Source of the DNA: Candidatus Dormiibacterota bacterium
GTDB taxonomy: Bacteria > Chloroflexota > Dormibacteria > Aeolococcales > Aeolococcaceae
Assembly (NCBI GenBank): GCA_963848445.1
Contig: CAWKDT010000001.1
Span: 842,667-906,666, forward strand
Direction of reading: 5' to 3'
DNA: 64,000 nucleotides
The notes under the pieces were generated by a model. The model was given only the letters and a program-made list of their open reading frames with translations, made no database searches and had not been told where the DNA came from. The position numbers were made by a program, and so were the translations under genes. Of this stretch, positions 9,114 through 18,838 are shown piece after piece. Within the stretch, counting starts at the first letter, position 1, and each line of letters starts with the position of its first letter.

Positions 9114-10370
9114 ATGCCGCGACCATCCGCTGACGTCGACCGCACCGCAGCACCGCGCGAATCCCCCGAGCCCGCCACATACCGGCGCCTCCTGCGCGTC
9201 CGCGGACTGCTGCCGCTGCTGCTCAGCTCGCTCCTGACCAGGACCGCGACGCAGATGTGGACGGTCGGGATCGTTCTGTTCACGCTGGAGCGGTATCACT
9301 CGCCGAGCGTCGCGGGCATCAGCATCTTCGTGCTCATCTTCCCGGGCCTGACGGTGAGCCCGATCGCGGGAGCGCTGCTCGACCGTCACGGCCGCAAGCG
9401 CCTCATGCGCCTCGACTTCACTGTTGCGGCGACGTGCCTCACGACGATCGTCACGCTCGCCGCCACCGGCCACCTGCCCGTCTGGGGCCTGCTGCTGCTG
9501 CTCGGATTCGGCTCCCTGACGAGCACGCTGAGCAACGCCGGCGCTCGGTCGCTGTACCCGCTGATCATCCCCACCGACCTGTGGGACCGCGGCAATGCCG
9601 CGGACAGCACCATCTTCGGCATCGCCGCGATCCTCGGCCCGGGTCTCGCCGGCACGCTCATCGCCGCATTCGGCAGCGAGGCCGCCCTCGCGGGCGCCGC
9701 CGCCGCATATGTCGTCGGCGCGGTGGCGCTGCAGGGGGTGCCCGAGCCCGTGCGCACGGGCAAGGTGTCGGCACGCATCCTCACCGAGGCGTGGCGGGGC
9801 CTCCACTACGTCGTGACCAACGCCACCCTGCGGTGGATCGCGATCGCGGTGTCCATCCTGAACATCGGGTGGGGCATGATCATCGTCGCGCTGCCGGTCG
9901 TGGTCCTCCGGCTCCACGGCAGCGCCGCACTGGTCGGCACGCTCCTCGCGATCGAGGGGGGCATCGGCATCCCGGCGGCGCTCATCGCCGGACGTCTGCG
10001 GACCCAGGGACGCGAGCGGCACATCATGGCCGCCACGAGCGTGATCATGGGCCTGGCGGTGCTCACGCTACTGGTCCCCTCGATCGCGGTGATCGCGCTC
10101 GGCATCGCGATCGTCGGCGCGGCCGACGGTCCCTCGAACATCTCCATGTTCTCCCTGCGCCAGCGACGGACCAACCGCGCCTGGTACGGCCGTGCGTTCG
10201 CGGTGTCCATGAGCCTCAACTTCGCGGGCGTCCCGATCGGCTCGGCCGTCGCCGGGACGCTGCTCGGCGTGTCGATCCCCTTCACGATCGTGCTGTCGGC
10301 CGCTCTGGCGGTCGGAGCGGGCGTGCTGATGCTCGTGATGATCCCCGCCGCGGCACCGCGTCCGGCCTGA
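9114..10370 (+). CDS. MFS transporter (12-TM, EntS/MFS_1-like)
   Basis: Repeated hydrophobic helices. Motif DRHGRKRLMRLD resembles the MFS loop 2-3 signature. Start chosen at the MPRPSAD Met. Confidence 0.75.
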   Translation: MPRPSADVDRTAAPRESPEPATYRRLLRVRGLLPLLLSSLLTRTATQMWTVGIVLFTLERYHSPSVAGISIFVLIFPGLTVSPIAGALLDRHGRKRLMRLDFTVAATCLTTIVTLAATGHLPVWGLLLLLGFGSLTSTLSNAGARSLYPLIIPTDLWDRGNAADSTIFGIAAILGPGLAGTLIAAFGSEAALAGAAAAYVVGAVALQGVPEPVRTGKVSARILTEAWRGLHYVVTNATLRWIAIAVSILNIGWGMIIVALPVVVLRLHGSAALVGTLLAIEGGIGIPAALIAGRLRTQGRERHIMAATSVIMGLAVLTLLVPSIAVIALGIAIVGAADGPSNISMFSLRQRRTNRAWYGRAFAVSMSLNFAGVPIGSAVAGTLLGVSIPFTIVLSAALAVGAGVLMLVMIPAAAPRPA

Positions 10371-10491
10371 CCCGCCCGGGCTTCGATCCCCGCTGCAACG
10401 CGCCCGCCTCATTGCTAGGCTGATCGGGATGCTGCAAGCCTCACCCGCCGTCGCCGCGCCGCCCGCGCTCGCCAACGTGCCGAGCCGCTAG

Positions 10492-11715
10492 TTGCCCCAC
10501 TTCGACGCGCCGTCCGGCGCCGATCCCGGCGTGGGCACGCAGCTGAAACGGGTCGTGGTGGTGGGGACCGCGACCCGGCGCGACGAGCGGGAACAGCGCG
10601 ACATCGAGCTCGACGAGCTCGAGGAGCTGGCCCGCACGCTCGGCACCGAGGTGATCGAGCGGAGCCTGATCTCGCTCCGCGAGCCGCATCCCGCCACGTT
10701 CTTCCGCTCCGGCGTGGTCGAGGCGTTCACCGCGCATCTCGCCGAGCTCGGCAGCCCGGCGGTGCTCTGCAACGACCAGCTGACCCCGCGCCAGCAACGC
10801 AACCTCCAGGAGGCGTGGGACGTCCCGGTGCTCGACCGCACCGAGGTCATCCTCGCCATCTTCGCGCGCCGGGCGACCACCGCCGAGGGGCGCGTCCAGG
10901 TCGAAATGGCCCAGCTCGAGCACCTGCTACCGCGCCTCGCGGGCGGCTGGTCGCACCTCGAACGTCAGCGCGGCGGGGTCGGGCTTCGTGGTGGACCCGG
11001 TGAGAAGCAGATCGAGGTCGACCGGCGGCTCATCCGCCAGCGCCTCAAGCGCCTCCGCGAGCGACTCGTCGTCATCGAGCGCCAGCGCCAGACGCGCCGC
11101 ACCGCGCGCACGGATGTCCCGCTCGCATCGTGCGCGCTCGTCGGCTACACCAACGCGGGCAAGTCGACGCTCCTCAACGTGCTCACCCACAGCGAGGTGC
11201 TCGCGGACGACCTGCTCTTCGCCACGCTGGATCCGACCTCGCGCCGCCTCGAGTTGCCCTCCGGAAAGCTCGTGATCCTCACCGACACCGTCGGGTTCAT
11301 CCAGCAGCTGCCCACCGAGCTCGTCGAGGCCTTCGCCGCGACGCTCGAGGAGGTGCGCCAGGCGCACATGCTCTGCGTCGTCGTCGACGCCTCGCATCCT
11401 GATGCCGAGCAGCAGCTCGCAACCGTGCTCGAGACCCTCCGCTCCATGGAGTGCGAGCAGCCGATCATCCTCGCGCTGAGCAAGTGCGACCGGCTCACCG
11501 CGTCGGAGGTGCGCGCTGCGCGTCTCCGGCTCGGCGACATCGCCGGCGTGTCGGCGCTCGCGATCAGCGCGACGAAGGGCACCGGCCTGCGTGAGTTGCG
11601 CCAGCGCATCGACGGGCTCGCCGCACGGCTCGTCCCGAACATCAAGGCGAACCGTCCGACCGAGGCGTCGCAGGCGGTGACGCCCGAGCCCGAGGTGCGT
11701 GCCGCGGCGGGCTGA
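10492..11715 (+). CDS. hflX: GTPase HflX
   Basis: HflX N-domain followed by G-domain motifs: GYTNAGKSTLLN (G1), DTVGF (G3), SKCD (G4). Start codon uncertain by about 15 codons. Confidence 0.85.
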   Translation: MPHFDAPSGADPGVGTQLKRVVVVGTATRRDEREQRDIELDELEELARTLGTEVIERSLISLREPHPATFFRSGVVEAFTAHLAELGSPAVLCNDQLTPRQQRNLQEAWDVPVLDRTEVILAIFARRATTAEGRVQVEMAQLEHLLPRLAGGWSHLERQRGGVGLRGGPGEKQIEVDRRLIRQRLKRLRERLVVIERQRQTRRTARTDVPLASCALVGYTNAGKSTLLNVLTHSEVLADDLLFATLDPTSRRLELPSGKLVILTDTVGFIQQLPTELVEAFAATLEEVRQAHMLCVVVDASHPDAEQQLATVLETLRSMECEQPIILALSKCDRLTASEVRAARLRLGDIAGVSALAISATKGTGLRELRQRIDGLAARLVPNIKANRPTEASQAVTPEPEVRAAAG

Positions 11716-11729
11716 CGCCGCTGGTGCCG

Positions 11730-12194
11730 TCAGCGCCGGATCGCGCGCTCCATGTCGCGCTGGGCGTCCCGTTTGGCGACGTCCTGGCGCTTGTCCCACA
11801 GCTTCTTGCCCCGCGCGAGACCGATCTCCACCTTGACACGGTTGCGGACCAGGTAGAGGCGCAGCGGGATGATGGTGAGCCCCTGGGTGCGGACCCGCCC
11901 ATCCAGGTACTCGATCTCCCGCTTGTGAAGGAGCAGGCGGCGGCGGCGCTCGGGCTCCGGGTTGTGCCGGTTGCCCTGCTGGTAGCCGGAGATGTTCACC
12001 TGCATCAGCCACGCCTGGCCGCCCTCGATGCGGACGTACCCGTCGCGCAGCTGCACGCGGCCGGTCCGGAGGGATTTCACCTCGGTCCCCGTGAGCTCGA
12101 TGCCGGCCTCGAGGCTCTCGACGATGCTGTACTCGTAGTGGGCGCGCCGGTTGCGGGCGAGCAGGCTGTCGCCGGGCTGGCGTGCGGCGCTCAT
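11730..12194 (-). CDS. smpB: SsrA-binding protein SmpB
   Basis: Full-length match to SmpB (NRRAHYEYSI, GTEVKSLR, LLLHKREI). Lies 3 kb from ssrA. Confidence 0.9.
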   Translation of the reverse strand: MSAARQPGDSLLARNRRAHYEYSIVESLEAGIELTGTEVKSLRTGRVQLRDGYVRIEGGQAWLMQVNISGYQQGNRHNPEPERRRRLLLHKREIEYLDGRVRTQGLTIIPLRLYLVRNRVKVEIGLARGKKLWDKRQDVAKRDAQRDMERAIRR

Positions 12195-13115
12195 CGCCCC
12201 GCCGTCCCACCGCTGCGCCGGCCGCGGAGGAACGCCGCCGGAGTCATCACCCGCCTGCCGGGCGGTGTGATCAGATCGAGGCGGTACCCACCCTCGCGCG
12301 TGGCGATCACCACCAACTCACCTTCGCGAGCGACCACGGTGCCCGGCTCATCGCCACCGGCGACGTCCGCCACCGCCCCCGCGACGATCTGCACCTCCGC
12401 GCCGGCCAGCGACGCGACGACACCCGGCCACGGCTGCAGCGCCCGGACCATGCGATCGATCTCGATCGCGCTCCGCTCTCCCCAGGACACCCGCCCGTCG
12501 TCCCGGCCGAGCCGCGGAGCGTGGGTGACCCCGACCTCAGGCTGGGGCCGGGCCCGCGCCTCGCCACGCTCGAGCGCGCCGAGCACCTCGAGGAGCTGAG
12601 CGGCGCCGAGCACGGCGAGCCGGTCGGTGAGCGCCGGGGTGGTCGCGTCAGGTTCGATCGCGACACGGGCCTGCGCGTAGACCGGCCCGGTGTCGAGCCC
12701 TGGGTCCACGCGCATGATCGACACCCCGGTCTCCTCGTCGCCGGCGAGGATCGCATGTGCCACCGGCGAGGCGCCGCGCCAGCGCGGCAGCAGCGAGGCG
12801 TGGACGTTGACCGAGCCGTGGGGCGGGGCATCGATGAGCTCGGCCGGCAGGATCTGCCCGTACGCGGCGACGACGAGGCAGTCCGGGCGACGATCGAGCA
12901 CCTCCGCGACGGCCTCCGGAGCCCTGATCCTCAGCGGGGTGAGGACCTCGATCCCTCGTGCGCGGGCGGTCTCGGCAACCGGGCGCGGCGCCGGACTTCC
13001 CCCGGCTCCCCGGCCGGTCCGCTCTCGTGACGACCGCGACGACCTCGTGCCGCTCGGCGCACGCCTCCAGCGGCGGCACCGCGAACGCCGCGGTGCCACA
13101 GAAGATCAGCCTCAC
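12191..13115 (-). CDS. fmt: methionyl-tRNA formyltransferase, with an apparent +1 frameshift near 13000
   Basis: N-terminus MRLIFCGTAAFAVPPLEA...HEVVAVVTRADRP is in one frame (ORF 12648..13115). The rest, SPAPRPVAETARARGIEVLTP...SLLPRWRGASP, is in another frame (ORF 12191..13099). The switch falls in a CCCCC run at about 12997-13001. Confidence 0.75.
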
Positions 13116-13621
13116 ACAGCGCTGACGACGCCGGGCTCCTCAGCCTCCGTTGCGGGTTCGACCTCGCGCAGCGTCCCCTCGTTCACCCTGGTCGTGAAGA
13201 GGATGCCGTCGAGATGATCGATCTCGTGCTGGATGGCGCGGGCCAGCAACCCGTCACCCTTGACGCGGATCTCCTTGCCGTGGCGGTTGATGCCCTTGGC
13301 CACCACCCGCTGGCACCTGGTCACCTCACCGACCCACCCGGGCACCGACAGGCACCCCTCGAGCCCGGTCTGGTCGCCCTCGCAGCGGACCATCTCCGGG
13401 TTGGCGACCTGGTAGATCTGGTTGTCGACGCGCAGCACGATGACGCGAAGCGACACGCCCACCTGCGGTGCGGCGAGTCCCACGCCATTGGCCTCGAACA
13501 TGGTCTCGACCATGTCGTCCATGAGCCGGCGGATCGCGTCATCGACCCGCGGCACCCGGGTTGCCTTGGTGGTCAGCACGTCGTTGTGGTCCGACGTGAG
13601 GACGATGGGGAGGATTGCCAC
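13112..13621 (-). CDS. def: peptide deformylase
   Basis: Motifs GVGLAAPQVG, EGCLSVPG and HEIDHLDG, which are the three Def signature motifs. Confidence 0.9.
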   Translation of the reverse strand: MAILPIVLTSDHNDVLTTKATRVPRVDDAIRRLMDDMVETMFEANGVGLAAPQVGVSLRVIVLRVDNQIYQVANPEMVRCEGDQTGLEGCLSVPGWVGEVTRCQRVVAKGINRHGKEIRVKGDGLLARAIQHEIDHLDGILFTTRVNEGTLREVEPATEAEEPGVVSAV

Positions 13622-13636
13622 GCTGTGTGTCTCCGT

Positions 13637-15630
13637 TCACGGTCCGGGGTCGACGTCGATGCTCCAACCCCGGGCCTTGGGAAGATGGGGAAACGCCCTC
13701 TCGATGTCGATGCCGCGGATGGTCATCTGCCAGCGGTATTCACCGCGCAGCCGGTGCAGGAACGCCGGTGTCGGACCGAGGACGTCGAGCCCGGCACTTG
13801 ATCCGAGTGTACCAGACACCCGTTCGGCCTCCCGGCAAGCCTCGGCCTCCGCCTCGGCATCGTCACGGTGCGTGTAGGTGCACACGCAGAGCCGCGCGTA
13901 CGGTGGGAATCGCAATGCCTTGCGCACCCGGATCTCGTCGCGCGCGAACCCGAGGTAGTCGTGCGTCGTCGCGTGACGCACGGCGTAGTGTCCCGGGCTG
14001 TACGTCTGCAAGACCACGCGCGCCGGCTCGTCGCCGCGCCCCGCGCGGCCGGCGACCTGGGTGAGCAGCGAGAAGGTCAGCTCGCCGCTTCGATAGTCGG
14101 GAAAGTGCAGCGACGTGTCGGCGTTGACGATGCCGACGAGACGCACGTTGCCGAGGTCCCATCCCTTCGCCACCATCTGGGTGCCGATGAGGCAATCGGC
14201 CTCGTGCCGGCGGAAGCGGTCGTAGATGTCGAAGTAGGCGTCGCGCGAGCGGGTCGTGTCCCGATCCATGCGGATAAGTCGCAGCGCGGGAAACCGTTCG
14301 TGCACGTCACGCTCGAGCCGCTCGGTGCCCATCCCCAAAGCCCGGATCGCCCGCGAGCCGCACGACGGGCACGCGACCGGCAGCGGCGTCGAGAGCCCGC
14401 AGTAGTGGCAGTCGCAGCTGGCCCGGTCCACGTGGTGCACGAGCGACACGCTGCAGTTGCTGCAGGTGAGCGCCTCTCCGCAAGCGCGGCACAGCACCAC
14501 CGTCGACGTGCCGCGCCGGTTGAGAAAGAGGATCGACTGGCCGCCGTCCTCGTGACACGCCTGCATCGCCTGATCGAGTCGCATCGACAGTGGACCAGTG
14601 TTGCCGGCGCGCAGCTCGTCGCGGAGGTCGACGACCTCGACCGGTGGCAGCGCGCGCCCGCTCACGCGCTCCGGGAGCGTCGCCAGCTCGAAGTCACCGG
14701 TGTGCGCGCGAAAGAAGCTCTCCACGCGGGGTGTCGCGCTGCCCATCACCACCGGCGCCTCGCAGAGCGCGCCGAGCATCAGCGCCACGTCGACCGCGTG
14801 GTATCGAGGGACGCGATCCTGCTTGTACGCGGGGGCATCCTCCTCGTCGATCACGATGATCCCGAGGTCGGCGACCGGCGCGAAGATGGCGCTCCGCGAG
14901 CCGATCACGACCGGATGCGCACCGCTGCGGATCTGCCGCCATTCGACGGCGCGCTCGGCGTCGGTGAGCGCCGAGTGGATCACCGCGATGCGTCCCGGGA
15001 AGCGCGCGGTGAACCGCCGGATCATCTGCGGGGTGAGCGCGATCTCGGGAACCAGGACGATCGCGCCGCGGCCCGCCGCGATGGCGCCGTCGATGGCGGC
15101 GAGGTAGACCTCGGTCTTGCCGCTTCCGGTGACACCGTGCAGGAGCACGCGCCGATGGACGCGGCCGGCGATCGCCTCGAGCAGCGGAGCGACCGCAGCG
15201 CGCTGGGCGTCGTTGAGCACGGGCGGCGGCAGCTGGCGGCCCCGCAGCGCCCGCCTCGGCGACCGCGCGCGACATCGATCGGGGCCCCGCTCTGCGCGAC
15301 GGACGGCTGCGCACGCCCTTGGGGAGCATCGCGCGCAGCACCTCGCCGAGCGGCGCGCAGTAGCGATCAGCGACCTGTCGCGCCAGTGCCAGATGGTGGC
15401 CGAGGATGAGCGGCGGCTCGTCGATGACGCGGTCGATGGCGCGGACGTCGGCGTGGTCGGTGCTGCTCCGACCGCTCGACGACGTACCCGAGGATCGAAC
15501 GCTTGCCGAACGGGATCTCGACGCGCATCCCGGGGAGGACGAGCTCGCTGAGATCGTCGGGGATCGAGTACGTGTAGGAGTCGCGAGGCAGGAGCGATCG
15601 CGTTTCCGGCACAACGGACGCGTACGTCAC
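13637..15630 (-). CDS. priA: primosomal protein N' (PriA helicase), apparently interrupted by two frameshifts
   Basis: N-terminus (MRVEIPFGKRSILGYVV) is in ORF 15367..15630. The middle (ALARQVADRYCAPLGEVLRAMLP) is in ORF 14694..15614. The helicase core and Zn-finger (LLHGVTGSGKTEVY, DEEDA, CRACGEALTCSNCSVSLVHH...CHYCG) are in ORF 13637..15220. Confidence 0.75.
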
Positions 15631-16855
15631 GACAGCTCGCTCGCGATGATCCGCACGATGGCGTCGGCGACGATCGACTTCGGCGCTCGTTCGATGACGC
15701 GCGCGCCGCCGTCGCGGGCGATGACGGTCACCTCGTTGTCGTCGGCGCCCATCCCGATCCCGGGCTTCGACACGTCGTTGACGACGATGAGGTCGAGGTC
15801 CTTCTCCACGAGCTTCGCGCGCGCGTGCTCGACGACGTGCTCGGTCTCCGCCGCGAAGCCGACTCGCAGCACGCCGGCGGCCGCACCGTCGTCGCGGAGC
15901 GCGCGCAGGATGTCGACCGTCGGCACCAGCTCCAGGGTGAAGGTGGCTGCGCCCTTCTTGAGCTTTCCCACCGCCGCCTCACGCGGGCGCCAGTCGGCGA
16001 CCGCCGCGGCCATGACGAGCACGCGCGCGCCGGGAAGCGCGGCCCGCACCGCCCGGTGCATCTCCTCGGCGGTCTCCACCTGCACGACGTCGAGCCCCGG
16101 CTGCGGCGGCGGCGCCGGCGCCGCGGTGACCAGCGTGACGGTCGCGCCCCGACGGATCGCGGCAAGCGCGATCTCGTTGCCCATCTTGCCGCTCGACCGA
16201 TTGCCGACGAAGCGCACCGCGTCGATCGGTTCCCGGGTGCCGCCCGCGGTCACCACGAAGCGAACGACCGTTGATCGACGGGTCAGGCTCCGGCGGCGCC
16301 AAGGATCTCCCCCACCACGGCGACGATCTGGTCGGGTTCGACCATCCGGCCGGTGCTCTCGTGCCCGCTCGCGAGCCGTCCGTGCACCGGTCCGACGATG
16401 CGCACGCCCCGGGCGGTGAGCGTCGCCACGTTGCCCTGCGTCGCGGGGTGCTCCCACATCGCGGCCTCCATCGCGGGAGCGACGATCATCGGGGCACGCG
16501 ACGCGAGTGCGGTCGCCGTGACGGGATCGGACGCCAGCCCGAGCGCGAGCCGCGCGATGAGGTCGGCGGACGCCGCCACGACCGCCTGCACCTCGCACCA
16601 CGAGGCGAGCTCGATGTGGCTCATCCCGTGCCCGGCGTCGGCGGATTCGTCATCCCACATGTTCGAGGCGACGCGGTGCCCGCTCAACGCGCGCAGCAGG
16701 GTTGGCGTCACGAAGCGCACCGCCGCCTCGGTCATCGCCACGCGCACATCGGCGCCGCCACGACGGAGCTCGGTGACCACCTGGCACGCCTTGTAGGCGG
16801 CGACGCTGCCGCCAACGCCCACGAGGACCCGGCGACCGTCGAGCTCGAGCGTCAT
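15627..16855 (-). CDS. coaBC: bifunctional phosphopantothenoylcysteine decarboxylase / phosphopantothenate-cysteine ligase. Either a frameshift or a coaC/coaB stop-start overlap lies near 16285.
   Basis: The CoaC flavoprotein part (RVLVGVGGSVAAYKA...PAMEAAMWEHPATQGNVATL) ends EILGAAGA* at 16283. The CoaB part (VVRFVVTAGGTREPIDAVRFVGNRSSGKMG) continues in the +1 frame with no ATG. Confidence 0.75.
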
Positions 16856-17439
16856 GCCGGTTCCTCCGTGTGGCGTGCCCGATCGGACTCGATGATCTCG
16901 AGGATCTCGCGTGCGGCGCGGCGCGCATCGTCGTTCACGACCTGGTGATCGTACGTGTCCTTGACGGCCAGCTCGGCGGCGACCTGCTCCCGGCGCGCCC
17001 TGAGGCTCGCCGCATCCTCGGTGCCGCGAGCCACCAGGCGCCGCTCCAGGATCTCGTCGCTCGGCGGCAGCAGGAAGATGTACGTGGCGTCGTCGCCGAT
17101 CCGCTCGCGGATCTTGGCCGCACCCTGGACGTCGATCTTGATCACGGTGTCCCGTCCCGACGCGATCGCGTCGTCGATGCTCTTGAAGGATCGCCCCTTG
17201 AGCTCCCCGTAGACCGTCGACCACTCGAAGAGCTCGTCGCGATCGATCATCGCCCGGAAGGCCGGCTCGTCGACGAACCAGTACGCGACACCGTCGGCCT
17301 CGCCGGGACGCGGCCGGCGGGTGGTGTAGGAGACGCAGTACCCGATCGCGGGATCGAGATCCATGAGCTCGCGAATCACGGTGTCCTTGCCGACCCCGCT
17401 CGGGCCGGTCAGCACGATGAGCCTGCCCCGCGCGCTCAC
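16852..17439 (-). CDS. gmk: guanylate kinase
   Basis: LIVLTGPSGVGKDT P-loop. About 196 aa, full Gmk length. GTG start overlaps the rluD stop (GTGA). Confidence 0.85.
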   Translation of the reverse strand: MSARGRLIVLTGPSGVGKDTVIRELMDLDPAIGYCVSYTTRRPRPGEADGVAYWFVDEPAFRAMIDRDELFEWSTVYGELKGRSFKSIDDAIASGRDTVIKIDVQGAAKIRERIGDDATYIFLLPPSDEILERRLVARGTEDAASLRARREQVAAELAVKDTYDHQVVNDDARRAAREILEIIESDRARHTEEPA

Positions 17440-18344
17440 GAGCGGGGGCGGCGCCGCTCGGCGGCGGCGAGCAGCTCGCCGGGAACGGGGGCGACGAAGG
17501 TGCGCTCCGTGCCGTCCCCCGGGTGGCGGAACCGCAGCCGCATCGCGTGGAGCGCCGGGCGTCCGAGCGCCGCGTCGGGGTGCCCGTAGACCGCGTCGCC
17601 GACGACCGGGTGACCGATCGAGGCGAGGTGCACGCGGATCTGGTGGGTGCGCCCGGTGCGCAGCGTCACCTCGAGCACCGTCGCGCCGCCGAGACGCTCC
17701 ACGACGCGGAAGTCGGTGATCGCCTCGCGGCCGCCCTCGACGATCGCCATCCGCCTGCGGTCCCGGGGGTGGCGGGCGATCGGCGCGTCGATGGTCCCGG
17801 TCTCCTCGCGAAACCCGCCCTCCACGAGCGCCCAGTACGTGCGACCGAGGGTGCGATCGCTGAGCTGCCTGGCCAGGCTGCGGTGCGCCGCCTCGGTCTT
17901 GGCGACCACGAGCAACCCGCTCGTGTCGCGGTCGAGGCGGTGCACGATCCCGGCGCGTTCCCGTCCGCCGAGCAGCGACCATGTCGTCCCGCGCGCCGTC
18001 AGCGCGTCGGCGAGCGTGCCCGTCGGATGGCCGGGCGCCGGGTGCACCACCATGCCCGAGGGTTTGTCGACCACCGCGAGCCAGTCGTCCTCGTGAACGA
18101 TCGAGAGCTCGGGTGCCGGCACGCCCGGCAGATCGGACACGGGGTGGTCGATCCTCGCCTCCGCGGGCGCCAGGGCGACCTCGGCGGTGTCGCGGACGCG
18201 CTGGCCGGGCCGGCCGGGGCGTCCGTCGACGGTGACCAGCCCGGCGTCGATCAGGGTCCGGGCTGCATGGCGGGTGATGTTGCGGTGCTCGGCGAGCCAC
18301 ACGTCGAGGCGGGGCTGCGCCTCCGCGGTGCCGGCCGGGCTCAC
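17436..18344 (-). CDS. rluD: RluA/RluD-family 23S rRNA pseudouridine synthase with N-terminal S4 domain
   Basis: S4-like RLDVWLAEH...RHAARTLIDAGLVTVDG. Catalytic motif HRLDRDTSGLLVVAKT. GTG start overlaps the lspA stop (GTGA). Confidence 0.8.
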   Translation of the reverse strand: MSPAGTAEAQPRLDVWLAEHRNITRHAARTLIDAGLVTVDGRPGRPGQRVRDTAEVALAPAEARIDHPVSDLPGVPAPELSIVHEDDWLAVVDKPSGMVVHPAPGHPTGTLADALTARGTTWSLLGGRERAGIVHRLDRDTSGLLVVAKTEAAHRSLARQLSDRTLGRTYWALVEGGFREETGTIDAPIARHPRDRRRMAIVEGGREAITDFRVVERLGGATVLEVTLRTGRTHQIRVHLASIGHPVVGDAVYGHPDAALGRPALHAMRLRFRHPGDGTERTFVAPVPGELLAAAERRRPRS

Positions 18345-18838
18345 GACGGCTTTCGCGCCGGGACGAGCGAGAGGACGAGGAGCAGGGCGATCGCGACGAC
18401 GATGCAGCTGTCGGCGACGTTGAAGACCGGCCACCAGTGCACGTCGATGAAGTCCACGACGTACCCCTGCACGAGGCGGTCGACCCCGTTGGAGAGCGCC
18501 CCGCCGAGGATCATCCCGATGAGGACCTGCCGGTACCACGTCGTGCCGTACCGCCAGCCCGCGAACACGATATACGCGCTCACCACGAGCGCCACCGCGA
18601 GATAGAGCCAGTGCAGCTGCGGGAGCACGCTGAATGCGGCGCCGCTGTTCTCCACGTGATCGATCGACACGATGGCGTTCGGCCAGATCTGCTCACCGAG
18701 CGAGAGCCGCGAGCTGACCAGCCACTTGGTGACGTGATCGATCGCGGCGACGATCGCCGCGGTGCTGAGCATGACCGCGTAGATCCGCCTTCGCGACAGG
18801 CCTCGCGCGACGGCTACCGCTTGACTCCCAGCCAGCAT
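18341..18838 (-). CDS. lspA: lipoprotein signal peptidase II
   Basis: Four TM helices. Conserved VDFIDV and FNVADS aspartyl-protease motifs. Confidence 0.85.
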   Translation of the reverse strand: MLAGSQAVAVARGLSRRRIYAVMLSTAAIVAAIDHVTKWLVSSRLSLGEQIWPNAIVSIDHVENSGAAFSVLPQLHWLYLAVALVVSAYIVFAGWRYGTTWYRQVLIGMILGGALSNGVDRLVQGYVVDFIDVHWWPVFNVADSCIVVAIALLLVLSLVPARKPS